From a virus: DNA of 64,000 nt. The position numbers and the translations under genes are program-made. The DNA lies in the IMG/VR virus record IMGVR_UViG_3300046736_000122, positions 1 to 64,000 of that record. One strand, written 5' to 3'. The notes beneath the pieces were generated by a model, which was given only the letters and a program-made list of their open reading frames with translations, was not told the origin of the DNA and did no database searches. Below, piece after piece: positions 46,683 to 56,338 of the stretch (within the stretch, counting starts at the first letter, position 1; each line of letters begins with the position of its first letter).

Positions 46683-48249
46683 GCCCGCCTTTTTGAGCGG
46701 CGATCAGGTGCCCGACTACCTGCGCGGCGTCGAGCTCATGACGGCCGGGATGGAGTGGCCTGCGATGAGCGGCCCGACCACTGTCACGATGGCGCACCTT
46801 GCCGATGCGGTCGAGGCGGCCAACAACGACCCGCACGTCCAGCTGCCGCGGATCAAGCTCGGCCACACGTCGCCGCTCAACGGCGACCATCCGGACTTCG
46901 ACCCGTTTGCGGCCATCGGTGACGCGGAGCCGAGCTTCGGCCAGTTCACGAACCTGCGCCTTGAGAATGACGGCGCGGTGCTCGTCGGCGACGCGACGAA
47001 CGTCCCGGCATGGCTCGCCGCGATGGCGCCGTCCGCCTACCCGAACCGTTCGGCGGAGGCACCGTGGCAGGTCGAGTCGCCGCTCACCGATGTGCAAACG
47101 CCCGGAGGCAAGCGGTACTCAATGTGCATCAGCGCGGTGAGCTTTCTCGGCGTCGTGCTTCCCGCCATCTCAGACCTTGAGGACCTCGAAACTCTCGTGA
47201 CTTCCGGCCCCGCCGCACTCGCCTCGAAGACCGCGGCACCCGCCGCCGCGGGCGATGCGCCGCCCTCGGCCATGAGCATCAGCGAGGACGAGATCCGGCA
47301 GCGCTTCAACTGGGACTGGGCGATGGACCCCGAGAACGAGGTTGACGCCTATTGGTGGTGGTGCCGCGAGGTCCGCGTCACCGAGGGCGAGGTCATCGCC
47401 GACGACGACGAGGGCCACCTGTTCGAGGTGCCGTTCACCGAGGCCGATGGTGTCGTGACGTTCGGCGAGCCCGCGCAGGTCCGCAAGACGTACATCCCGG
47501 TCGCCGCGTCCACGACGCAGGTCGCGTGTTTCGCGCGGCCATCCAAGCCTCAGCGGCCACCGGCCGCCGCAACCTCACCACTCGCCGCGATCGTGCGGCC
47601 CGACCCCGAAGGGGGAACCATGGACGAGAACGTCCGCCAGTTCCTTGAGGGCCAGGGGCACGACCCCGCCACGGCCACCGAGGCGCAGATCAAGGCCGCG
47701 GAGGAGTTCATCGCCGCGTTCCCCGCCGCACCCGCCGAGCCGCCGGCCGACGAGCCGGAGGAGATCCCGACGGGCGAGGCAGCGGACGACGAGCCGGCCG
47801 GCGAGGCCGAAGCGGAGCCCGGGGCCGAGCGTGTCCCGGTCGCTGCGGCCCGCCAGGTCCCGGACGGCATGAGCCTCATCGACAGCGCGACGCTTGCCGA
47901 TTTGAAGGCCGGCGCCGCCGCGGGCACCCAGCTCGCTCGCGAGAAGGCGACCGACACGCGCGACCGGATCCTTTCCGCCGCCCGCGACGAGGGACGCTTC
48001 CCGCCGGCACGGCTGGCGCACTACCGCACGATGTACGACGCGGACCCGGAGGGCACCACGGTGCTGCTCACCGCCGACGAGGACAAGGGCGGCCTCGCGA
48101 AGGGAACCGTGCCGCTCGCCGCGCGCGCAGAGGTCACCGCGCAGGACGCCACCGGCGTCAAGTACGGCGAGGACGGCCTGCTCGCTCCGAACCTGTCCCT
48201 GCTCACCCCGTCCAAGCGCGCCGAGCTTCTCGCTCGCCGCGCCATCTAG
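46675..48249 (+). CDS. prohead protease / scaffold (Mu gpI-like)
   Basis: IKLGH, YPNRSAE, AVSFLGVVLPAISDLEDL; acidic scaffold-like C-terminus. Confidence 0.8.
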   Translation: MPEPAFLSGDQVPDYLRGVELMTAGMEWPAMSGPTTVTMAHLADAVEAANNDPHVQLPRIKLGHTSPLNGDHPDFDPFAAIGDAEPSFGQFTNLRLENDGAVLVGDATNVPAWLAAMAPSAYPNRSAEAPWQVESPLTDVQTPGGKRYSMCISAVSFLGVVLPAISDLEDLETLVTSGPAALASKTAAPAAAGDAPPSAMSISEDEIRQRFNWDWAMDPENEVDAYWWWCREVRVTEGEVIADDDEGHLFEVPFTEADGVVTFGEPAQVRKTYIPVAASTTQVACFARPSKPQRPPAAATSPLAAIVRPDPEGGTMDENVRQFLEGQGHDPATATEAQIKAAEEFIAAFPAAPAEPPADEPEEIPTGEAADDEPAGEAEAEPGAERVPVAAARQVPDGMSLIDSATLADLKAGAAAGTQLAREKATDTRDRILSAARDEGRFPPARLAHYRTMYDADPEGTTVLLTADEDKGGLAKGTVPLAARAEVTAQDATGVKYGEDGLLAPNLSLLTPSKRAELLARRAI

Positions 48250-48258
48250 GAGATCGCC

Positions 48259-48642
48259 ATGCCAGCTCGTGATCCGATCTACGATCCCGGCCACGCGATC
48301 TCCGGCCGCGCGACCGGCGCGGCCGTCACCGCGTTTCGCTTCGTCATGGTCGCCGCGACGAAGCCCGACGGTGAGCCGACGCCGATCAAGCACGCGCTCG
48401 CGGCCAAGTGGCCGATCGGCGTCGTCGCGGACGCCGGAGTGCAGGACGGACCGCCGATCCCGGTGTACGGTACCGGCTTCGTCTGCACCGTCCTCGCGGG
48501 CGGCACCGGCGTCACCGCCGGCGAGGCGGTCGAGGTGCTCGACACGGGCACCATTCAGGACTTGGCGTCCGGCCACAAGGTCGGCGTCGCCATCTCAACC
48601 GCGGCAGCGGCGGCCTACGCCCTTGTCCGCGTCTCGATCTAG
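48259..48642 (+). CDS. capsid cement / decoration protein
   Basis: small Gly/Ala/Val-rich beta protein between protease and MCP. Confidence 0.7.
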   Translation: MPARDPIYDPGHAISGRATGAAVTAFRFVMVAATKPDGEPTPIKHALAAKWPIGVVADAGVQDGPPIPVYGTGFVCTVLAGGTGVTAGEAVEVLDTGTIQDLASGHKVGVAISTAAAAAYALVRVSI

Positions 48643-48655
48643 GAGGGGCTGAGTC

Positions 48656-49624
48656 ATGCCAACCACAGTCGGCAGCGTCCCCGTCGGGACGCAGACCACC
48701 GCCACGGGCGACACCATCTCGGTGTCGTACCTGCGCGAAAACCCGCTCGTGCTCGCCGGCCGGCTCGGCGAGGTCATGGAGCTTGAGTACTTCGTCGACC
48801 TGATCCTGCCGAACGTCGGCACGCCGAAGAGCGGCGTGATCGTCTACCGCGAGGCCGACCCGACGCGGATGACGCTCAACCGCTCGGCGGAGGAACTCGC
48901 GCCGGACGCCGAGGTCCCGCTCGCTGGGATCGTCGAGGGTGACCTGAAGTACGCCATCGCGAAGACCGACGGCCTCGGTATGGTCATCACCGACGACGAG
49001 GCCGACGAGAACCAGCTGTTCGTCGTGGAGGACAAGGAACTCGCGCTCGCGAACAGCATGTCGGACCGCTTCAACTCGCGCGGCGTCACGGTCATCAAGG
49101 CCGCGATCACGGCGAACTCGCGGACGTTCGATGTCGGCGCGGGCGACTGGTCGGCGCTCGTCACGGACGGTGCGAACCCGGATCCGCTGTCGCTGTGGCC
49201 GCACGCGCAGATCGCGCAGATTCGCGCGCAGCAGACGGTCGACCGGATCCCGTGGCGTTTCAACGGGATGCTCGCGCACCCGATGGAGATCTGGCGGCTG
49301 TCGACGATCTACCTCAAGAACGCGGGTGTCGGCGGCGAGGCCCCGGTCCCCTCCGCGGCGGTCCTCAACGCGCTCGCCGGGAAGCTCGGCCTGGACCTCA
49401 TCGTCGAGGACAACACGGGCGGCATCGAGCGCGGCAAGCCGATCCTGTTCAGTCGCGGCCACGTCGGCGGGACGGGCTGGCAGAAGCCGATCAACGTCGA
49501 GAAGATCCCGGAGCGCGGACGGCGCCGCACCCGCTTCGATGCGGTTGGCAAGGCCGTGTACTTCGTGAACAACCCGTACGGCCTCCTGCAGCTCGAAGGC
49601 ACTGCCGATCAGGATCTCGCGTGA
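48656..49624 (+). CDS. major capsid protein
   Basis: AGGAGG SD; size and position; EELAPDAEVP; NNPYGLLQLEG end. Confidence 0.75.
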   Translation: MPTTVGSVPVGTQTTATGDTISVSYLRENPLVLAGRLGEVMELEYFVDLILPNVGTPKSGVIVYREADPTRMTLNRSAEELAPDAEVPLAGIVEGDLKYAIAKTDGLGMVITDDEADENQLFVVEDKELALANSMSDRFNSRGVTVIKAAITANSRTFDVGAGDWSALVTDGANPDPLSLWPHAQIAQIRAQQTVDRIPWRFNGMLAHPMEIWRLSTIYLKNAGVGGEAPVPSAAVLNALAGKLGLDLIVEDNTGGIERGKPILFSRGHVGGTGWQKPINVEKIPERGRRRTRFDAVGKAVYFVNNPYGLLQLEGTADQDLA

Positions 49625-49628
49625 TCGC

Positions 49629-49958
49629 GTGAGCCCGCTCATCGAGATCACGGCGGTCGGGGCGCTCATCACGCCGGAGGGATCCGACCGGCCGCGCAAC
49701 AGGTCGCGCGGCGATCAGGTGGCGGTGTCCGAGAAGGATGCCGCCCGCCTGGTCGGTCGTGGTACGGCGATCATCGTCGACGCGCCGGCACGGGCGCCGG
49801 GCGAGTTCGACCCGGAGGCGCCGCTGCCCGACCTGCGGAAGTTCGCGGCCGACCACGACCCGCCGATCGAGCTGCGCGACGCTCGCAGCAAGGCCATGGT
49901 CATCGAGGACATCGAGGCCGCGTTGACCGACCCCGAGAGCGAGGCACCCGATGGCTGA
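49629..49958 (+). CDS. head-associated hypothetical protein
   Basis: follows MCP; C-terminal helix-extension-helix-like segment. Confidence 0.6.
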   Translation: MSPLIEITAVGALITPEGSDRPRNRSRGDQVAVSEKDAARLVGRGTAIIVDAPARAPGEFDPEAPLPDLRKFAADHDPPIELRDARSKAMVIEDIEAALTDPESEAPDG

Positions 49959-50565
49959 CCTGATCTGGCGCAACCTGCTGCGCAACGTCGCGGGCGCCAT
50001 TCGCATGAACGCCGACCCCGCTGGCGTGGCGTCCACGGTGCACGCGAGCGCGTCGGATCCGTTCACGCGCGGCCTGAAGCGCGACTCGACGGGCCGCCTG
50101 CTCGTCGCCCTGGAGGGATGGTCGCCGGGCGGTGCTGTCGTGGCGGTCGAGAAGTCGTTCACGGAGACGACGGGCGCCGGGACGACCTACACGGCCACCG
50201 TGCCCCTGCCAGCGGGTGCGACGCTGTTGGATGTCATCGTCAACGGCGTGGCACTCTGGACGGCCGGCACGTCGGCCACCATGATCGTCGGCGACGGCAC
50301 GGACCCCGACGGCTACTACACCGCGGTGGACCTGAAAGCCACGGATCTGCTGGCCGGGGAGTCGCTGTCGTTCGCGCTCGCGGGCGGCAAGGCCGGCGCG
50401 TACATCGCGAGCTCGCAGGTGTCGCCACGGTACTCGGCTGCGGCACGCGACATCATCGGCGTCGTCACGCGCGCCGGGACCGTCGGCACCGCTGGCCGTA
50501 CGCGGATGACGGTCGTCTACTCGGCGCCGGTGGTTGCCGAGGTCGGCGCGGCCGCGAAGGCCTAA
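49951..50565 (+). CDS. virion structural protein
   Basis: Thr/Gly-rich beta protein. Confidence 0.65.
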   Translation: MADLIWRNLLRNVAGAIRMNADPAGVASTVHASASDPFTRGLKRDSTGRLLVALEGWSPGGAVVAVEKSFTETTGAGTTYTATVPLPAGATLLDVIVNGVALWTAGTSATMIVGDGTDPDGYYTAVDLKATDLLAGESLSFALAGGKAGAYIASSQVSPRYSAAARDIIGVVTRAGTVGTAGRTRMTVVYSAPVVAEVGAAAKA

Positions 50566-50574
50566 GGGCCGGAC

Positions 50575-50826
50575 GTGGCCAACACGTTTGGGTATGCCGC
50601 CGGGACTGCCGTGGGCACGGTCGATGTACCAGCGAACGCGCGGCTCCGGACGGTGTCGGTAGTCGCGGCCGGCTCCGCGGCCACGCTCACGATCGCCGGG
50701 GGCGCGCCGATCACGGTGCCGGCGGGCCAGTCGTTCACGGATCAGATCGTTGGTGATGTGCCGTCGGGCGCGGATGTCGTGATCGGCGGCACCCCGGCTT
50801 CCTACTTCGTGTCGTGGATGACCTGA
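50575..50826 (+). CDS. small virion protein
   Basis: beta-rich; coupled. Confidence 0.6.
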   Translation: MANTFGYAAGTAVGTVDVPANARLRTVSVVAAGSAATLTIAGGAPITVPAGQSFTDQIVGDVPSGADVVIGGTPASYFVSWMT

Positions 50827-51398
50827 TGGGGTTCGGACCCGCAGCGGGAGCAACCGGTGCAACCGGCGCCACTGGTGCTGCGGGAGCCACTGGAGCCGCA
50901 GGCGCTACTGGCGCCACCGGGGCAACGGGTCCAGCGGGTGGCGCCGCGCTGTTCACGCACTTCGCGAGCGCAGGGAACACGGGCACCGCGGAAACGGATC
51001 TCTACTCGGACACTGTGGCCGGCGGGACGCTTGCCGCGAACGGCGACGTCATCACCGCGCGGGTCGCGGGCGTTCTCGTGTCGTCCGGGACAGCGACACG
51101 CCAGCTGCGCGCGTACTACGCCGGGCAGGTCATCTTCGATTCGGGTGCGTTGTCGGTGTCGACGGCAAGCGACTGGCTCATGGATGTGCAGATCATCCGT
51201 GTGTCCGCGTCGGTCGTCAGGTTCGCCGTCGCGCTGACGTTGACGGGCGCGTCCCTGGGCGCGTACGCGAACGTGGACGAGTTGTCGGGGTTGACGCTGA
51301 GCGCGTCGGCGGTGCTGAAGACGACGGGTCAGGCGGCGGGTGTGGGCGCGGCATCGGATGATGTTGTCGCGATGTTCGCGACGGTCAGGAAGGCTTGA
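50826..51398 (+). CDS. collagen-like fibre protein
   Basis: about ten Gly-X-Y triplets (GAT/GAA/GPA) plus a beta-sandwich-like C-terminus. Confidence 0.7.
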   Translation: MGFGPAAGATGATGATGAAGATGAAGATGATGATGPAGGAALFTHFASAGNTGTAETDLYSDTVAGGTLAANGDVITARVAGVLVSSGTATRQLRAYYAGQVIFDSGALSVSTASDWLMDVQIIRVSASVVRFAVALTLTGASLGAYANVDELSGLTLSASAVLKTTGQAAGVGAASDDVVAMFATVRKA

Positions 51399-51435
51399 GC
51401 ATGGCGTTGGAGGCTCGGCTTAGGCGGGCCGCGGC

Positions 51436-54393
51436 GTGACCGCGGTATCGCAGCGCCCGGCCAGCCTGATCACGTTCGAGCCGGGCGGATCGATCGCGGC
51501 CACGAACGTCCGCGACGCCATCCTCGAGGCCGCGTCCGAGGCAGCAGGCAACGCGCAGGAAGTGCAGGACGCACTAGACGCACTGACCGCGCTTGTCGCG
51601 ACGGACAGCGAACTTGCTGCCGCGGTCGCGACACTGACGGCGAGCATCGCGGCGAAGCAGGACGCGGCTACAGCAGCGACCGATGCGGAGCTTGCGAGTG
51701 CCGTGTCGACGCTGAACGCAGCGATGGCAACGGACTCCGAGCTCGCGTCGGCCGTGGCGTCGTTGACCACGAGCATTGGCCTCAAGCAGGACGCGCTCAC
51801 AGCCGCGACGGATGCCGAGCTAGCCGCGGCGGTGGCGGCGATCAACGCCGTTGGGGCGACAGACGCTGAAGTGGCGGCTGCGGTTGCCGCGCACACGGGC
51901 GCATCGAGCGGCGCGCATGCGGCGTCGGCGGTGTCGGTCGCGGGGTTGACCAGTCTGACCGGAGGAACCGTGCAGGCGGTCCTAGCCAACGTGGACACGC
52001 GGCTCCCAGCGGCGGAAAGCAATAGCGCGACGGCGGCTCAGAAAGCTGCCAATCTGAACGACCTCGCGAGCGCTGCGACGGCTCGCACGAACCTCGGGCT
52101 CGGCACGGCGGCGCAGCAGGCGCTCGACACCGATGCGACGATGGCGGCGGACTCCGACACCCGCGTCCCGAGTCAGAAGGCGGCACGCGCATACGTGCTT
52201 GCCAACGCGGGCGCGACTCCAGCGGCCACCACGGCGGTGCTGGGCAAGGTCAAGCTCGGTTCGCCTCCGCGCGATCCCGCCAACCCGGTCATCGCGATCC
52301 CGCGCACCACGGCCGACCGTTGGGTTCCGCGCCGCCGCATCCGATCGAACTTCACGGGCGACGCCACGAAGGCGATCACGGGCGTAGCAGCTACCGGCGT
52401 GTTCTCAGCCGCAGCGCACGGCTACGTGGACGGTGACCTGCTCGTGTTCGCTCTGACGACGGGCGGCTCAGGTCTGACCGCCGGGCTGCCGTACTACGTC
52501 GCTGGCAGCACGGAGCGCACGACAGCGATCGCTGGTACCAACAACGATTTGATCTTCACGTCACGCATCCAAGGCGGCTCAGACATCACGATTCGCTACG
52601 TCGTCGCGGGCACGTTGACGCCCTTGACGATCACCGTGGCGGGCAAGGCAATCACGGTCAATGTCGCAACGGACGCCGGAGGCGCCGCTACCTCGACGGC
52701 CGCGCAGGTCACGACGGCGGTCAACGCCGACGCTGTCGCGTCGCTGCTCGTGTCCGCGGCGAACGCCGCCGCGAACGACGGGACGGGCGTGGTCGCAGCG
52801 ATGACCGCGATTGCGCTGTCGACGGCGGGCGGCACGTTCACGGTCGCCGCACGGCCGGGAGGACCGGCGGTCGTCTTCACGTCGGATCTCACGGCAGGGA
52901 CCGCGGCTCGCAAGCGCGATGGCTATCTCTTCAACTTCGAGAACATGATCTACACGACGTCGGCCTCTCGCCCCGCGCTGAGAGCAGCCGACGGCGGAAC
53001 CGCCACCCCGGCGTCGCTGTTCACGAAGCAGGCTGACTTTCGCGACTGGGAGATCCGGCTGCGCTACCGCCCGGCGAACGGCACGACGACCGGCACGACG
53101 GACTACGGCCCCGGCCTGTACGGCGGCTACGAGGACCTCAACAACTGCTGGCAGGCGACGCAATATCACGCCTCTGGGAACCCAGTAATAACGATGGGCG
53201 CGACTGTCGCGGGGACGCTCTCAAGCACCAACCCGCCCACGGATGTCTCGCCTCGCGCGACCACCGTAGATCGCATCGTGCGGCTCAGGAAGGTCGGCGA
53301 CTGGATCGCGGTGAAGGACTGGCGCGTCGACCAGGCCGAGCCCGACTGGCAGCGCGAGCTGCGTATCCGCCCGCCGATCGGAGGCGTGAGTCCGAACACG
53401 ACGACCGACAACCCCGAGCGCGGCGCGTGTGGGATCAGGGATGTCTTCTGTGGGGCGTACTTCTTGGAGTTCGCCGCCACCGAGCTTGTGCGCGAGAACG
53501 TGAACATGCTGCACAACGGCGATCTCGCGAGGATCGACTGCGGCCACACGGCCGACGTTCCCAAGGTCGTGACCGGCGTTGGCGCAACCGGCATCTTCAC
53601 GGTCGCCAGCCACGGCTACTCAGCGGACGATCTCGTGGTCTTCGCAGGCATGGCAAGCCGCGTCAACGACTACGGCATCGTCCCGTACCGCAGCTACTTC
53701 GTCGTCGCGGCCAACCTCGCCACGAACACCTTCAGTGTCTCTACCACGCGCGGCGGTGCTGTCCTGACGTTCACGCCAGACCTCGCGGTCGGCTACGTCA
53801 TCCGCAACCCGGTCCCTGCCCTCTGGACTCGTCCGACGGCGGCGCTGCTCAGCGGCAACCGACTGGAGATCGAGCACGTCGCCGGGCCGGACGGGTCTGT
53901 GCGCCCTGCGTTGTCGATGGTCTGCGTGACGCCGAACGATCCGAACCTGTCCTGGTTTCAGTGCGTATGGAACCCGCTCGCGTCCGGTGCGGGCGGCACG
54001 AACCAGCGGATGGACCCGCACCCGCAATCGCTTCCGGCGCGGCGCTTGGAGTTCTCCTGCTGGACGAAGGGTGCGAACACGGCTATCCAGACGAACGGGC
54101 TCGGCGCGACGTTCGACATCTACATGTACGACGCCTACGTGCTGTCGAACAAGATGGAGCGCCAGACCTACCACCCCGGCCTGCAACCGTCGACCGCCGT
54201 GGACGCCGCCGACCCGGCGTCTTACGACGGCGCGCAGACGGTCGGCTCATGGGGCTGGACGTGGATCAGGTCGGAGATCGAGATCCCGCAGTTCGAGGCG
54301 CTGCACCAGATGCGCGCGCAGATTCTCTACCACGAGGCCACGGACACGGGCAACGTCTACGTCATGGATCCGTGCCTGCGGCCCATCGGGTGA
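51436..54393 (+). CDS. large mosaic fibre / appendage protein
   Basis: repeated ATD(A/S)ELA(A/S)AV coiled coil, ARTNLGLG fibre motif, duplicated HGY..D..VF..Y(Y/F)V module. Confidence 0.75.
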   Translation: MTAVSQRPASLITFEPGGSIAATNVRDAILEAASEAAGNAQEVQDALDALTALVATDSELAAAVATLTASIAAKQDAATAATDAELASAVSTLNAAMATDSELASAVASLTTSIGLKQDALTAATDAELAAAVAAINAVGATDAEVAAAVAAHTGASSGAHAASAVSVAGLTSLTGGTVQAVLANVDTRLPAAESNSATAAQKAANLNDLASAATARTNLGLGTAAQQALDTDATMAADSDTRVPSQKAARAYVLANAGATPAATTAVLGKVKLGSPPRDPANPVIAIPRTTADRWVPRRRIRSNFTGDATKAITGVAATGVFSAAAHGYVDGDLLVFALTTGGSGLTAGLPYYVAGSTERTTAIAGTNNDLIFTSRIQGGSDITIRYVVAGTLTPLTITVAGKAITVNVATDAGGAATSTAAQVTTAVNADAVASLLVSAANAAANDGTGVVAAMTAIALSTAGGTFTVAARPGGPAVVFTSDLTAGTAARKRDGYLFNFENMIYTTSASRPALRAADGGTATPASLFTKQADFRDWEIRLRYRPANGTTTGTTDYGPGLYGGYEDLNNCWQATQYHASGNPVITMGATVAGTLSSTNPPTDVSPRATTVDRIVRLRKVGDWIAVKDWRVDQAEPDWQRELRIRPPIGGVSPNTTTDNPERGACGIRDVFCGAYFLEFAATELVRENVNMLHNGDLARIDCGHTADVPKVVTGVGATGIFTVASHGYSADDLVVFAGMASRVNDYGIVPYRSYFVVAANLATNTFSVSTTRGGAVLTFTPDLAVGYVIRNPVPALWTRPTAALLSGNRLEIEHVAGPDGSVRPALSMVCVTPNDPNLSWFQCVWNPLASGAGGTNQRMDPHPQSLPARRLEFSCWTKGANTAIQTNGLGATFDIYMYDAYVLSNKMERQTYHPGLQPSTAVDAADPASYDGAQTVGSWGWTWIRSEIEIPQFEALHQMRAQILYHEATDTGNVYVMDPCLRPIG

Positions 54394-54525
54394 CCGCGAT
54401 CGAGACTGTCGCTTTGCGTCGAGGGAAGGAATCCGTGCCGGGCTGAGCGAGTAGGCTCCCGCGCCCATAGAACGCCCCCGCGCGATTGGCGTCGCCGGGG
54501 GCCGGCACAAGGAGCCCTACTCCTC

Positions 54526-54654
54526 ATGCTCGACCAACGTACCGCGTTCGCGGTGCCGGACCGCGCTGTCCTCGATGTCTGCGGCCGCCGCCGCTCCCCC
54601 GCGACGTTCCCCGAGTTTCACCGGGGCCGCAAGCCGAAGAACGCCGGGCAGAAG
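54526..54654 (+). pseudogene. N-terminal remnant of a tyrosine recombinase
   Basis: LDVCGRRRSPATFPEFHRGRKPKNAG resembles (from recall) N-termini of Solirubrobacterales-type integrases. Confidence 0.5.
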
Positions 54655-54700
54655 GTGGCTCGCGTGTCCTGCGTCCGGTGGCCCTGGAACAATGTGATGC

Positions 54701-55402
54701 ATGACCGAACCTCTCGACGCGTTAGGCCGTAAGCGGCGCCGCACAACTCCATGGCAGGAGCGCTTCTGGCGCTTCGTCACACCGGGCGCTCCCGACGCAT
54801 GCTGGGAGTGGAACGGCAGCCGAAACGAGCACGGCTACGGCAAGCTGAACGGCGGCAGCGGGCGCATCCTCAAGGCGTCGCGCGCCTCATACGAGCTGCA
54901 CTACGGGGTCGACCCCGGCGACCAGGACGTGTTGCACACTTGCGACAACCCGCCGTGCGTGAACCCCGCGCACCTGTTCCTAGGCGACGCGGCGGCGAAC
55001 GCTCAGGACATGGCGCGCAAGGGACGCGCACCGGCCCAGAATGGCCAAAGCCTGCTCATCGAACGCATCACCGACGCGCAGGTCCGCGAGTTGCGCGAGC
55101 GGGCGGCGACGGGCGAGGCGTACGCGGCGCTAGCGGCCGCCTACGGGATCAAGCCTGAATACGCCGGGATGCTCGCCAACGGGTATGCGCGTCCAGGAGC
55201 CGGTGGACCAGCCACACGCCGCGTTGGCGGTGGCCCACCGAAGTTCTCCGACGCGACCATTCGCGAGATCCGCGAACGCGTTGCGGCCGGCGAGCCGCAG
55301 AAGAACGTTGCACAACGCTTCGGCATGGGCAGCGGCTTCGTCTCGCTCGTCGTCACGGGCAAGCGACGCGCGGCAGCCGGCGGCCCGATTCGCTCCACGT
55401 AG
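54701..55402 (+). CDS. HNH homing endonuclease with tandem HTH tails
   Basis: CWEWNG..GYG; VLHTCDNPPCVNPAHLFLG..N. Confidence 0.9.
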   Translation: MTEPLDALGRKRRRTTPWQERFWRFVTPGAPDACWEWNGSRNEHGYGKLNGGSGRILKASRASYELHYGVDPGDQDVLHTCDNPPCVNPAHLFLGDAAANAQDMARKGRAPAQNGQSLLIERITDAQVRELRERAATGEAYAALAAAYGIKPEYAGMLANGYARPGAGGPATRRVGGGPPKFSDATIREIRERVAAGEPQKNVAQRFGMGSGFVSLVVTGKRRAAAGGPIRST

Positions 55403-55510
55403 AGGCACGTGAATCTCGCGACGACCGCGATCTACCTCGCATCGCTGAGCAACGCTGAGGTCATCGACGCGATCGGCGGACGGCCAGCGCCGATGGTGCC
55501 GGCGCTCTGA
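55403..55510 (+). pseudogene. C-terminal remnant of a tyrosine recombinase
   Basis: HVNLATTAIYL = the H..(T)T..Y catalytic-Tyr box, followed by EVIDAIGGRPAPMVP. Confidence 0.55.
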
Positions 55511-55560
55511 AAGCTCTCCGATGCACCTTTCTGCCAGAGCCGCGGCGATGATCGAACACG

Positions 55561-56334
55561 ATGAGCGTTCTCCCCGGCGCCGAGTTCACGGCCGACATCA
55601 GCCACTACGAAACGGGTGCCGTCGGCGAGCTTGAGTTCCGCCTCGTTGACTCAGAAGGCGGCGAGGCGCTCGCATGGTCCGCCGCGGCGATCGTGCAGGT
55701 CACCGCGGAGGACGACGGCCCCGACTGGATCTACCGCGCCACACGCGCCGCGCCCGCGGCCACCGGCATCTACGTACCGCAGTGGCGGCTAGCCGCCACC
55801 CCGGAGGAGGTGTGGGCGGATGATGATCCGATCGTGGTGTCGCTGTTTGCGTTCGAGCCGCCCGTGTGGGCGCCGACGCCGGCGCATGTCGCGGCGATCC
55901 TGCGGGCCCGGACGCGGGGCGGCGAGTCGATGGATGCCGCGACCGCGCGCGAGCAGGGCGTGTTCACGACGTCGACGCGGCCAACGTTCGATCAGGTCGT
56001 CGAGCTCTGCGGCCTCGCCGCGGCCGAGATGTCCTCCGCGATCGGTGGCCGCACGCCTTGCACCGCCGCATTGGCGCTGTCGGCCACGTCCGCTGCCGCG
56101 TACCGGGCCGCGATGCTCGTGGAGATCTCATATTTCCCTGAGCAGACGACGGGCGATCAGACGGCGTTCGCGGCACTCGAGAAGATGTGGGCGGCCACAT
56201 GGAAGTCGGCGGTCGCGGCGATCCTTGAGCAGTGCCCACTGACCGACGACGAGGGCTCGTCGGACGTGGAGGGTGGCCCGATCGGGTGCGTGCCGGTCGG
56301 GCGGACGGCAACAACGTGGTGCGGAAGGTGGTGA
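55561..56334 (+). CDS. head-tail adaptor-like protein
   Basis: PTPAHVAAILRART, TRPT, AAMLVEISYFPEQ; position in the neck module. Confidence 0.65.
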   Translation: MSVLPGAEFTADISHYETGAVGELEFRLVDSEGGEALAWSAAAIVQVTAEDDGPDWIYRATRAAPAATGIYVPQWRLAATPEEVWADDDPIVVSLFAFEPPVWAPTPAHVAAILRARTRGGESMDAATAREQGVFTTSTRPTFDQVVELCGLAAAEMSSAIGGRTPCTAALALSATSAAAYRAAMLVEISYFPEQTTGDQTAFAALEKMWAATWKSAVAAILEQCPLTDDEGSSDVEGGPIGCVPVGRTATTWCGRW

Positions 56335-56338
56335 CCGC

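Noticed and set aside
54655-55402. Group I intron carrying the HNH inside an intact integrase
   Set aside because: Too little non-coding sequence for a ribozyme core, and the joined flanks would give only about 80 aa lacking the catalytic core.
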